Below are positions 47,768 through 56,138 of a DNA stretch of 64,000 bases, piece by piece. Positions within the stretch are counted from its first letter, which is position 1, and every line of letters begins with the position of its first letter. The position numbers were made by a program, and so were the translations under genes. The notes under the pieces were generated by a model. It saw nothing but the letters and a program-made list of their open reading frames with translations, ran no database searches and was not told the DNA's origin. The DNA lies in the IMG/VR virus record IMGVR_UViG_3300017912_003659, positions 301-64,300 of that record. One strand, written 5' to 3'. This DNA is from a virus.

Positions 47768-48735
47768 ATAAAATAGATTATTGTTTTACAGAAATGGGGC
47801 TTGAAGGTAAAATGCCCAAAGACTATCCAAACATGAGAGTTTTAGAATCTCAAATGATGGCATGGGACTGTCACCATATTCCGTTGCCAAAAGTATTGCA
47901 AGAAGACAAGAAATATGAAGGAAATGCTGTAGTAGTTTTACCAAAAGGTGATATGGAAAAAGAGATAATTTCTTGGCTCGTCCAGAATCATTTCAATACA
48001 ATAAAAGAATTAAAAGAAAAAGTAACAGGTGAAGTGTGGTTCTATCAAGACGGAGAAGCAGGTTATTGGAATCAACACATAGTGACACTACAGATTTGGT
48101 GGTACAATAACGTTGCTAGCTGTGATAAAATAATATGTCCTAATGAAACAGACATTAAGTATTACAAAGGTATGTTTAAAAGCAAACCAGTATCTGTAAT
48201 GAGAAGTATAATGGCATACGTTCCTGAAGGAATGGATGAAAGTGAAATTAAGACAATAATATCTGGGCCTGCTACAAGAGAATATAATGCATTCGATCAA
48301 ATACTAATAGCAAAGCACTTTAAGGCACCGATATGGATACCTCCAATGGGACAAGACAGAATGCCAAAAGACTCATGGGATACTGCTGCTTCATTAGATG
48401 TTAATTACTTACAGTACATGGACTGGAAAACTTGGATGCAGCAATTATCAACTTATAGCTATGCAGTAAACATGCCAGGTGTCACATGTGCAGCTAGTTT
48501 TAGTTTAAACTGCGCGTGGTGGGGAATACCCTGTGTTGGAAACTCACATGCAGACACTCAAAGACTTTGTTATCCTGAGACGTCTGTAGAATATAACGAC
48601 ATAGAAGGTGCAATAAAGATTGCAGACAAGCTTGTTGAAGATAAAGAGTTTTACAACAAAGTTTCAAAAGATGCAAAGAGAATTGCAAGAGAAGAATTTA
48701 CAAAACAAAAATTTTTAGAATTAGTAGGGAGATAA
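47758..48735 (+). CDS. glycosyltransferase-like protein
   Basis: 325 aa; C-term NYLQYMDWKTWMQQLSTYSYAVNMPGVTCAASFSLNCAWWGIPCVGNSHAD, position in glycan operon. Confidence 0.5.
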   Translation: MSIDKIDYCFTEMGLEGKMPKDYPNMRVLESQMMAWDCHHIPLPKVLQEDKKYEGNAVVVLPKGDMEKEIISWLVQNHFNTIKELKEKVTGEVWFYQDGEAGYWNQHIVTLQIWWYNNVASCDKIICPNETDIKYYKGMFKSKPVSVMRSIMAYVPEGMDESEIKTIISGPATREYNAFDQILIAKHFKAPIWIPPMGQDRMPKDSWDTAASLDVNYLQYMDWKTWMQQLSTYSYAVNMPGVTCAASFSLNCAWWGIPCVGNSHADTQRLCYPETSVEYNDIEGAIKIADKLVEDKEFYNKVSKDAKRIAREEFTKQKFLELVGR

Positions 48736-48736
48736 A

Positions 48737-50605
48737 ATGAAAGTATTAACTACAGGCGCGCCAAGATCTGGTACAAGCATGCTAAATTTATTAATGACAT
48801 ATTTTAGAGATCTGGATGTTTTTACAAATGGCACACCACCTAAGCTTTGGGATCAATGTGATTTGTTTACAACACAGCAGCGACCAGATGGCTTACTATG
48901 GAATGATTTTATAAGTCCAAAGAAGCATATAAAAGATTTTGCAGATGATGGTGTAAAGGTGGTCTATATTTACAGAGACGGAAGAGACTGCTTAATATCA
49001 AAAAGAAAAGGATACGGAGACAATTACTGGTATGGACCTGAGATAGGTGAAGTAAACAAATGGATTAAATCATCAGAAGTAATGCTCGATGTTATTAGAG
49101 ACGGATACGAAAACATTCATGTTGTAAAATATGAAGATTTAGTTGAAGATCATGTAAATGAGATCAAGAAAATAGAAGACTTTTTAGGTTTAGAAATAGA
49201 TAAGAATTATACAAAATTTCATGAAGACTTTAAAAATACTCGTAGTATGTCTTATGAAGGTGCAATAGGAACAGAGTATGAAGGTCTACGACCGCTAATG
49301 CCAAACTCAGGCAATTGGAAAAAAGAAAAGCACAAAGAAAGAATGTTAGAAATACTTGCTCACTATGGTGATGAGTTAGAAGACATGCTAATAAAATTAG
49401 GTTATGAAGAAAATAACGATTGGGTAAATGAGATCATAGATCCAATCACATTTGTAATACCTAGCAGGAACAATCTCGATCTACTAAAACTTGCACACAA
49501 ATCGATTAGAGAATTAAAAGGAAATCATCACATTTTAGTTTTAAATGATGCAAGTGAAGATGGAACAGCTGAATGGCTGTCAGACAATGAAGATAATAAC
49601 TTACATGTCTACACAAACCCAGGACCTGAAAGAGTTGGCATAGTTGGAATGTTTGATAAAGGTATTGAGATTGCGAAGACAGACATTATAATGGCATTTC
49701 ATGCAGACATGGTAGCTGGAAAAGGATTGGACATTGCATTGCTTAAGCACTTAAAGCCTGGAAAAGTTGTTTGTGCAACAAGGGTCGAACCTTCACTGCA
49801 CCCTCCAGGTCCTGAAAAAGTTATTGAAGATTTTGGATTAATGCCAGATGAATTTGATTACAGCAAGTGGAGAGAGTACAAACTTGATACAACAAACATA
49901 ATCACAAACGGCATCTTTGCACCCTGGTGTATGTTTAAAAAAGACTTCTTAGATATTGGTGGACATGATGAATTATTTGCACCACAATCGAGAGAAGACT
50001 CTGATCTTTTTAATAGATTTTTGTTAAACGGTTATGAACTGTTACAAACATGGGAAGGCTTTGTTTATCACTTCACAAGCAGAGGCAGTAGATTTAACAA
50101 ATATTCTGGAGGTGATGTTGGAAAAGACTCACCCGAATGGCAGGACACAAATGCAAAAAATGTTAGAAACTTTATACGTAAATGGAAGACAGGTGTACAG
50201 CATGATCCCTATATGCTTCCGATAGTTGATCCAATTTACAATGTTGGCTTTGTTGTAGAAAACTGTGATATAAATACACTTTCAATACTCGAACCCTGGT
50301 GTCATGATATTTACGGTGACTGGGTAGGTCATAAGGGATCTGGAGTGAATAAATACATAGATCAAGAACAACCAAGAACTACTCACAATTTAAGCTCGAA
50401 GATCCATGCAGACGCGATTGAACCAAAGAATGATGTGATAGTCAAGTTTGATGCTCAAAATATAACGACAGAAGATTTTTCATGTCTTCAAAAGCTAGGC
50501 GCAATATTAGAAGACAGCGGTCAAATAGGAGAGATGAAGTTAGGAAATCTTCACTTTAATATTAAAAAATTAGAACAGATACAGCATAAGAACATACAGG
50601 CTTGA
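48737..50605 (+). CDS. sulfotransferase domain fused to family 2 glycosyltransferase
   Basis: N-term MKVLTTGAPRSGTSMLNLLMTYF..KVVYIYRDGRDCLISKRKG..VVKYEDLVEDH; C-term ITFVIPSRNNLDLLKLAHKSIRELKGNHHILVLNDASEDGTAEWL. Confidence 0.8.
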   Translation: MKVLTTGAPRSGTSMLNLLMTYFRDLDVFTNGTPPKLWDQCDLFTTQQRPDGLLWNDFISPKKHIKDFADDGVKVVYIYRDGRDCLISKRKGYGDNYWYGPEIGEVNKWIKSSEVMLDVIRDGYENIHVVKYEDLVEDHVNEIKKIEDFLGLEIDKNYTKFHEDFKNTRSMSYEGAIGTEYEGLRPLMPNSGNWKKEKHKERMLEILAHYGDELEDMLIKLGYEENNDWVNEIIDPITFVIPSRNNLDLLKLAHKSIRELKGNHHILVLNDASEDGTAEWLSDNEDNNLHVYTNPGPERVGIVGMFDKGIEIAKTDIIMAFHADMVAGKGLDIALLKHLKPGKVVCATRVEPSLHPPGPEKVIEDFGLMPDEFDYSKWREYKLDTTNIITNGIFAPWCMFKKDFLDIGGHDELFAPQSREDSDLFNRFLLNGYELLQTWEGFVYHFTSRGSRFNKYSGGDVGKDSPEWQDTNAKNVRNFIRKWKTGVQHDPYMLPIVDPIYNVGFVVENCDINTLSILEPWCHDIYGDWVGHKGSGVNKYIDQEQPRTTHNLSSKIHADAIEPKNDVIVKFDAQNITTEDFSCLQKLGAILEDSGQIGEMKLGNLHFNIKKLEQIQHKNIQA

Positions 50606-50700
50606 TATTTAATAACATAAGGAGAAAAACAATGAAAAAATGTGAATGTGAAAACTGCAGTTGCGGTTGCGGCTGTTGCTAATAAATTAGGAGAATTGTT

Positions 50701-51201
50701 ATGGCTAAAAAGCCAGCGTCGTTTGAATATAATGCGACACTTGTTAAAGTTTTAGATGGAGACACTATAGATTGTTATATCGATTTAGGTTTCGATCTTA
50801 AAATCAAAAAAAGAGTTCGTTACATGGGAATTGACACATGGGAATCACGGACTAGAGATAAGGAAGAAAAAGTCAAAGGCCTTGCAGCAAAAGCTAGAAA
50901 TAAAGAGCTTCTAGAGTCAGGTGTATTTAAACTCATATCATTTGGAACAGGCAAATTTGGACGTGTTCTTGGTGAAGTTTTTGTGAGTCCTGATGCTGTT
51001 GGCGGTGTCATACCAGAAGGAGTTGACAGAAGCAAAGAAGGGTTAGTAAGCATTAATGATATATTGATTGCGGAAGGTCACGCTTACGATTACCACGGTG
51101 GAAAGAAGAAAGACTTTGAAGCTGAGATGGCTAAAGAAAAAGCAGCTAAAAAAGAAGACCTAGTTGACAAGCCTGCAGAGGAGGAAGCAGCAAAGGAATA
51201 G
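50701..51201 (+). CDS. thermonuclease (SNase-like) family nuclease
   Basis: NATLVKVLDGDTIDCYIDLGFDLKIKKRVRYMGIDTWESRTRDKEEKVKGLAAKARN; RVLGEVFV. Confidence 0.85.
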   Translation: MAKKPASFEYNATLVKVLDGDTIDCYIDLGFDLKIKKRVRYMGIDTWESRTRDKEEKVKGLAAKARNKELLESGVFKLISFGTGKFGRVLGEVFVSPDAVGGVIPEGVDRSKEGLVSINDILIAEGHAYDYHGGKKKDFEAEMAKEKAAKKEDLVDKPAEEEAAKE

Positions 51202-51334
51202 TAATTGAGTGAGTTACAAGAAGCTATCTTGAGGGAAAGAACAATAGAACTTATTTCCCGAAACAATAGCAAACCACATATCATAAGACGTGTACTTAAG
51301 CGATTTCAAAAATGTATAAAAAAATAAAAAAAGT

Positions 51335-51370
51335 CCTTTTATTTGAAGCGAGAAAGTATTAGATTCTAAT
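51335..51370 (+). promoter_or_regulatory. recurrent promoter-like element, copy 3
   Basis: CCTTTTA (51335-51341) N18 TAGATTCTAAT immediately before ATG 51371. Confidence 0.6.
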
Positions 51371-51616
51371 ATGATAACATATTATATTAAGTTACCAGAT
51401 GATACGAATGAAGAGTTAAAGTATGATGCAAATATACTCGGAACAGAAAGCTTTGGTACATTCTACGCAGAGCGTGGTATGAGATCTCTTCATACAATAC
51501 TAAACAAGCACCCAGAAATGTTACAATCTACGAGAATTGTCACAGACAGTGGCATCGATTTCACAATAACAGAGTTTATGGACAGACTTGACAAGCTCAA
51601 GCTTCTGTTTAATTAG
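51371..51616 (+). CDS. small hypothetical protein
   Basis: 81 aa ORF following promoter-like element. Confidence 0.55.
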   Translation: MITYYIKLPDDTNEELKYDANILGTESFGTFYAERGMRSLHTILNKHPEMLQSTRIVTDSGIDFTITEFMDRLDKLKLLFN

Positions 51617-51626
51617 GAGAAAAATA

Positions 51627-51794
51627 ATGAAGATTGACATAAACAATATTGAAGACTTTGAAGATGAAGGTATGATTCGTGAAAAGAAACGTAAATTTAG
51701 AACAAGTGGTAAGAAAAAGAATTACAAGCAATTTAAACAACTAAAGGAGTCAAAGAAAAATGGGTTTAAACATCCTAAAAAACGTAGGCGTTAG
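51627..51794 (+). CDS. small basic hypothetical protein
   Basis: MKIDINNIEDFEDEGMIREKKRKFRTSGKKKNYKQ..; RBS TTAGGAGAAAA before ATG 51627. Confidence 0.5.
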   Translation: MKIDINNIEDFEDEGMIREKKRKFRTSGKKKNYKQFKQLKESKKNGFKHPKKRRR

Positions 51795-52278
51795 TCTATT
51801 ATTAATATTAGCAATCGGTTGTGAGTTACCAACAGAAGGCAAAGAAGTTGGTGATCTTCATGGGACAGCTTTTGTTGCTGTTGAATACATACCTGAATTA
51901 CAACTAAGCGAATCTTCGTGGCAGACTCTCTACACTATGGGTGGAGAAATGTGGAGTGATGAGTATGATGTCACTTACACTAGGATCGAATGGGAGTCTG
52001 ACATGTATTGGAAGGTACATGATGCAAACGGCTATTTTAAGTTAGACTGTAGAGGATGCTCATTTGGAACTTGGTATGACACTGATGGCAGCACTCAAAG
52101 AGAACGCCTTGATGAACATACTATGGCTCCTGTTACGAATCAAGTTTCTTTAGTTAGAAGTGATGGTACATTTAATAATGTACTAGCACCAGTACAATCA
52201 ATGGACGGAAAACACATGTGGCTGTGGTGGTCAACAGGTGGGTCTGTGATAGACTCAATGGCAATATATTTAAATTAG
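51760..52278 (+). CDS. predicted lipoprotein
   Basis: 172 aa; MGLNILKNVGVSLLLILAIGC lipobox-like signal peptide. Confidence 0.65.
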   Translation: MGLNILKNVGVSLLLILAIGCELPTEGKEVGDLHGTAFVAVEYIPELQLSESSWQTLYTMGGEMWSDEYDVTYTRIEWESDMYWKVHDANGYFKLDCRGCSFGTWYDTDGSTQRERLDEHTMAPVTNQVSLVRSDGTFNNVLAPVQSMDGKHMWLWWSTGGSVIDSMAIYLN

Positions 52279-52287
52279 GATAAGAAA

Positions 52288-52437
52288 ATGGCAAGAGCAA
52301 AGATATTTACTCAAGGAGGAAAAGCCCAGAAGGCGAGAAAGAAGACTCGGCAAGGGCTTGGAAGAGGCACAAAATTTAGCACAAGAATTGGAAGCAAACG
52401 TTTCAAAAGAAAAAAATATAGAGGACAGGGAAAATGA
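52288..52437 (+). CDS. small highly basic protein (49 aa, not in track)
   Basis: MARAKIFTQGGKAQKARKKTRQGLGRGTKFSTRIGSKRFKRKKYRGQGK, ATGA overlap with next ORF. Confidence 0.55.
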   Translation: MARAKIFTQGGKAQKARKKTRQGLGRGTKFSTRIGSKRFKRKKYRGQGK

Positions 52438-52700
52438 TCTATTATTTAGTCGAAAAGCGTACAGATAATATTGTTGATAAGATAGACTCAGTAACACCTG
52501 GACCTGTCAAAGACTATTTCATCGGCAGAAAGCAAATGAAAGAAAACGAAAAAGGCTTTGACGGAATCTGGAAAGTGATGTCACAAGAAGAGTATGACAA
52601 AGAGTTTAAGAACAATCTATATGGTAGACAGATGGGAAAAAGAAAATATGAGTGGTGGAAAGATGAACCCAAAGGGCCCGATGATGAGTTCGATTATTAA
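52434..52700 (+). CDS. small hypothetical protein
   Basis: 88 aa; last gene before terminator. Confidence 0.5.
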   Translation: MIYYLVEKRTDNIVDKIDSVTPGPVKDYFIGRKQMKENEKGFDGIWKVMSQEEYDKEFKNNLYGRQMGKRKYEWWKDEPKGPDDEFDY

Positions 52701-52754
52701 CGTAACATAATTGTACACATAAACAAATTGTTACAGTCACATTGTAACACATTT

Positions 52755-52783
52755 AAACAGCTCCTTCTTGGAGCTGTTTTAGT
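52755..52783 (+). terminator. rho-independent terminator
   Basis: AAACAGCTCC (52755-52764) TTCTT GGAGCTGTTT (52770-52779) followed by T. Confidence 0.85.
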
Positions 52784-52881
52784 ATACAGAGCACTAAAAA
52801 TAAAGTTCAACAATAACAACACTTAAAAAGTTTTTAAAAAAAAGTTTCCAAAACTGAAGGGTTTGGCATAGTTTTTTCTCT

Positions 52882-52895
52882 ATATTATATAAGAA
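52882..52895 (+). promoter_or_regulatory. putative promoter box CTATATTATATAAG upstream of pilin cassette
   Basis: AT box about 33 nt before ATG 52928, between terminator and first pilin-like gene. Confidence 0.4.
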
Positions 52896-52927
52896 GAACA
52901 ATTAACAACCCCAAAAGGAGCATTATA

Positions 52928-53590
52928 ATGCTAAAAAACTTAATTAAGAAACTTTTAAAGCTTTTAAAAAGTGAAAGAGGTAACTCACTTGCTGAATTTG
53001 CAGTAACAACTGCAATGATGGCAACTCTAGCAACTACAGCTGCACCAAGATTTGCAAGCATTGGTGAATCTGCTAAAGAGAAAAAGACTATGGCAAACAT
53101 AGATAGAATCATAGCAGCTGCTAACAATCATTATATGGAATCATTAGAACAAGAAGGTCGTGGTAGATTTCCAGGACAAATAAAATATAATGTTCCTGTA
53201 GGTGGAGTTGGTTTAGGAGAAGGGCAACTAACTGTAGATGCTTTAGAAACATTTCAAGATAATATTTTACCAGGTCTAACATCTGCTGACGATGATTTAG
53301 GTTCATACTTTGTATATGCTTTTGCTCTATCAGCTGATGACCAAGATGCTGTAGAACAAGGAATATTAGTATCAGGAGCCAATGCTGGTTTTGATGGTGA
53401 TGCTCCCTTTGTAGCTGATGAACTTAGATTTCAGTTCTCTCGTGCTCTTGTAGATTCACCTTATCAAGATGGAGCATATATCCTATTAGTGATACCTGGT
53501 AGTGGAACAGGAACACTTGCAGAACCACCAGCATTAGTTGTAGCTGATATGGAGAACCCTGCAAAACTACATAAAATTTTAGTACCGTAA
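52928..53590 (+). CDS. type IV pilin-like protein (divergent)
   Basis: Basic leader then SERG|NSLAEFAVTTAMMATLATTAAPRFASIGESAKEKK: prepilin-type Gly, Glu at +5, hydrophobic helix ending APRF. Confidence 0.65.
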   Translation: MLKNLIKKLLKLLKSERGNSLAEFAVTTAMMATLATTAAPRFASIGESAKEKKTMANIDRIIAAANNHYMESLEQEGRGRFPGQIKYNVPVGGVGLGEGQLTVDALETFQDNILPGLTSADDDLGSYFVYAFALSADDQDAVEQGILVSGANAGFDGDAPFVADELRFQFSRALVDSPYQDGAYILLVIPGSGTGTLAEPPALVVADMENPAKLHKILVP

Positions 53591-53622
53591 CTTAAAACTT
53601 CATAACATGAAAGGGAAAAATA

Positions 53623-54066
53623 ATGAAGAACAATAAAAACGGATTTACGTTAATCGAGTTGATAATGGTTATGATAATATTGGGAGTATTATCCGCTGTT
53701 GCAATTCCAAGATACTTAGAAACTATCTCAAATGCAGAAGAAGCTGCTGAAGATGCTGTTATAAGTAACATTGGAGTTGCTTTAGAAAACTACGCTATTC
53801 ACAAATTAGTGAAGGGTGGTAGAGGAATATGGCCAGATAATCCTTTTGATGCTCTAAAAGAAAAACCACAATCATACACTAATGATGGCACAAATGCTGA
53901 TTCTGATAACGAATGGACATTCGTTGTAGGAACACCCTCTTATATCACTCACCAAAGAGCTGATAATAGCAGATTTAAGTGGGAATATGATGCAGGCATA
54001 AACACAGGAACCGATGCAGATACTACTGGATTTTTAGGCAGTAGAGAAAGCTTGGTAAGTGAATAA
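53623..54066 (+). CDS. type IV pilin / pseudopilin-like protein
   Basis: MKNNKNG|FTLIELIMVMIILGVLSAVAIPRYLETISNAEEAAEDAV. Confidence 0.9.
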   Translation: MKNNKNGFTLIELIMVMIILGVLSAVAIPRYLETISNAEEAAEDAVISNIGVALENYAIHKLVKGGRGIWPDNPFDALKEKPQSYTNDGTNADSDNEWTFVVGTPSYITHQRADNSRFKWEYDAGINTGTDADTTGFLGSRESLVSE

Positions 54067-54526
54067 GAACGGATTTACAATGATTGAGTTGATTATGGTA
54101 ATGATTATCATAGGAATACTTGCCGCAGTATCAATACCGAGATTTACTAATATCGTTAGACAATCTGAAGCAGCTTCTGAACAAGGGGTTTTAATAAATT
54201 TAGTAGCTGCTTTAGATACTTATAGTCAGGAACGGTTTATTGAAGACGGCGTATTGAGTTGGCCAGCGAATCCATTTGATGCATTAAATAAACAGCCTCA
54301 ATCATACGACAAATCACAGACAACTCTTATGCAAGATATGAACGATAGCGATTGGATATTTACAGGTCAAGCAAGCAATGACTATAAAAATTCAATTGTT
54401 CACAGAAGGAAAGAAGATAGTCTAGCAGTATGGACTTATAACCCAAGTAACGGTGAGATTGGTTATTCTAATCCACCATACCAGCCGAATCAAGTTGTAT
54501 ATAGACCTGATTTGCAAGGACAATAA
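54059..54526 (+). CDS. type IV pilin / pseudopilin-like protein
   Basis: MNKNG|FTMIELIMVMIIIGILAAVSIPRFTNIVRQSEAASEQGV. Confidence 0.9.
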   Translation: MNKNGFTMIELIMVMIIIGILAAVSIPRFTNIVRQSEAASEQGVLINLVAALDTYSQERFIEDGVLSWPANPFDALNKQPQSYDKSQTTLMQDMNDSDWIFTGQASNDYKNSIVHRRKEDSLAVWTYNPSNGEIGYSNPPYQPNQVVYRPDLQGQ

Positions 54527-54528
54527 AA

Positions 54529-54975
54529 ATGATAAAGAAACTACTAAAAGAGAAAATGAATGAAGGTTTTTCGTTGGTAGAATTAGTAATGGTTATGGTT
54601 ATCTTAGGAATATTATCCGCTGTTGCAATTCCTAAGATGACCTCTGTACTTAATTCAGCGGCTGAAAGTGCAGAGAAAGCTATGGTTGACCAAATGTGGG
54701 CAGGATGTGAATCTTATGCTGGTGATAAATTAATCACAGACGGTGTAGAAACTTGGCCATACAATCCACTAACAACATTTGGCAGAACTCGGAACACTAT
54801 TATAACATTAGACCTTGGTGTTCCTGATGAACAAGGCGAATGGCAATTTAGTTTAATAGATGCTGGAGAACCAGCTGTATTTCACATGAGAAAAGACTAT
54901 GAGATATATTATTACACTTATGATAGTCTTCAGTTTGAGCTTGCTGAAGAGCCAGTCAGATACATTTCACAATAA
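54529..54975 (+). CDS. type IV pilin / pseudopilin-like protein
   Basis: MIKKLLKEKMNEG|FSLVELVMVMVILGILSAVAIPKMTSVLNSAAESAEKAM. Confidence 0.9.
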   Translation: MIKKLLKEKMNEGFSLVELVMVMVILGILSAVAIPKMTSVLNSAAESAEKAMVDQMWAGCESYAGDKLITDGVETWPYNPLTTFGRTRNTIITLDLGVPDEQGEWQFSLIDAGEPAVFHMRKDYEIYYYTYDSLQFELAEEPVRYISQ

Positions 54976-55519
54976 AGACATAACAAGAACATCTGAATTT
55001 AAGAGGGATGTTGCCTACGGACAAGACTGTGATGATACAGAATATAGAAATTCTAATGGCACACCTAATTGGAAAAATTATGGACAATGGTTAAGTGAAT
55101 GTGATTCAATTCAAACAGTAACTTTAGACAGAGAATTTGCAGAAAGACGAAAGAAACAACAAAGAGAAGAAGCAATACAAGACAGTATAGATGCAGCAGA
55201 AATAGATGATATGGATTTTGATTTAGATGCTATGTGGGAAAATACTGTATGGGAAGAAATACAAGATGTTACAACAGTTTATGCAGAAGTAGAACAAATC
55301 ACACCAGTTGCAGGTGTTCGAGGAGCTGAAGCAGAAGACGAAGCACTAGAACATTTATATTATCGCAGATCAATGAAGAAGTTATCTAAGCTGGATCTTG
55401 AAAAAGCCTATGGAAAATTAATGCTAAAAAGAGACAAATTAGTCTCTGAAAACCAGCCTACTGACAAAGTTGACCAATATTTATCTATGTTAGAGGGGAA
55501 AATCAGCAAATACAATTAA
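54899..55519 (+). CDS. predicted secreted protein
   Basis: MRYIITLMIVFSLSLLKSQSDTFHNKD signal peptide; start overlaps the last pilin ORF by 77 nt. Confidence 0.6.
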   Translation: MRYIITLMIVFSLSLLKSQSDTFHNKDITRTSEFKRDVAYGQDCDDTEYRNSNGTPNWKNYGQWLSECDSIQTVTLDREFAERRKKQQREEAIQDSIDAAEIDDMDFDLDAMWENTVWEEIQDVTTVYAEVEQITPVAGVRGAEAEDEALEHLYYRRSMKKLSKLDLEKAYGKLMLKRDKLVSENQPTDKVDQYLSMLEGKISKYN

Positions 55520-55541
55520 AAAAATACCATAGGAAACCATA

Positions 55542-55883
55542 ATGGAAGAGATCTTACAAAAGGTTGTAGGTGAATATTCATGGTTACTAATAAGTGGTAT
55601 CGCCATTCTTTTATTCCAGAACACAATCAGAGAAGCAGTCGATGGAATTATGATCTTTCTTGGAAACGATTATAATGAAGATGATGTCGTCGAGGTGGAT
55701 GGAGATCCTGGTCGCATAGTCAGAGTTGGAATGTGGAAGACAGTGTTTTTCATATACCACGTAGTTGACGGACAAATCGTAGGTGGTTCAAAACTTGTAG
55801 TGGCAAATTCAAAGTTAAAAGACTTGAAGATAGAAAAGCCATTACCTAATTTAGATCTATCAAAGTATCAGAAAAGATCATGA
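55542..55883 (+). CDS. small membrane protein with MscS-like beta domain
   Basis: One TM helix (WLLISGIAILLFQNTI) then NDYNEDDVVEVDGDPGRIVRVGMWKTVFFIY...GGSKLVVANSKLKDLKIEKPLP. Confidence 0.55.
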   Translation: MEEILQKVVGEYSWLLISGIAILLFQNTIREAVDGIMIFLGNDYNEDDVVEVDGDPGRIVRVGMWKTVFFIYHVVDGQIVGGSKLVVANSKLKDLKIEKPLPNLDLSKYQKRS

Positions 55884-56041
55884 AGAATAAAGCATTACTC
55901 TGGATAAATGCTATATTGTTTTATGACTTGAGTAAAATTAGTCTGTGGAATCCGAACAAGAAGAAAGAAAAGGTTCTTGATTGGTTAAACAGTAGAGAGC
56001 CGCTTAGTGTAAGAATAAAAGAGTATAATAAAAAATCTTAA
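55880..56041 (+). CDS. small hypothetical protein (53 aa, not in track)
   Basis: MKNKALLWINAILFYDLSKISLWNPNKKKEKVLDWLNSREPLSVRIKEYNKKS; ATGA overlap with upstream gene. Confidence 0.5.
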   Translation: MKNKALLWINAILFYDLSKISLWNPNKKKEKVLDWLNSREPLSVRIKEYNKKS

Positions 56042-56138
56042 CTGTTATCCCACCAGATCTTCACAAAATAACACAACATTAGAATATAAAATAAAGTCGA
56101 TAACCATTCCCAAATCCATATCGGAATGTGCATTAGGA

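Noticed and set aside
51205-51327. TTG-started ~40 aa ORF after the SNase gene
   Set aside because: No ATG, weak RBS; may be real but insufficient support to list as a feature.
54059-54975. Idea that the pilin genes are a host contamination fragment
   Set aside because: The genes share the AT-rich composition and overlapping-gene style of the flanks and end at a terminator facing a phage-like minus-strand gene; a chimera cannot be fully excluded without reads, but nothing in the sequence indicates a join.
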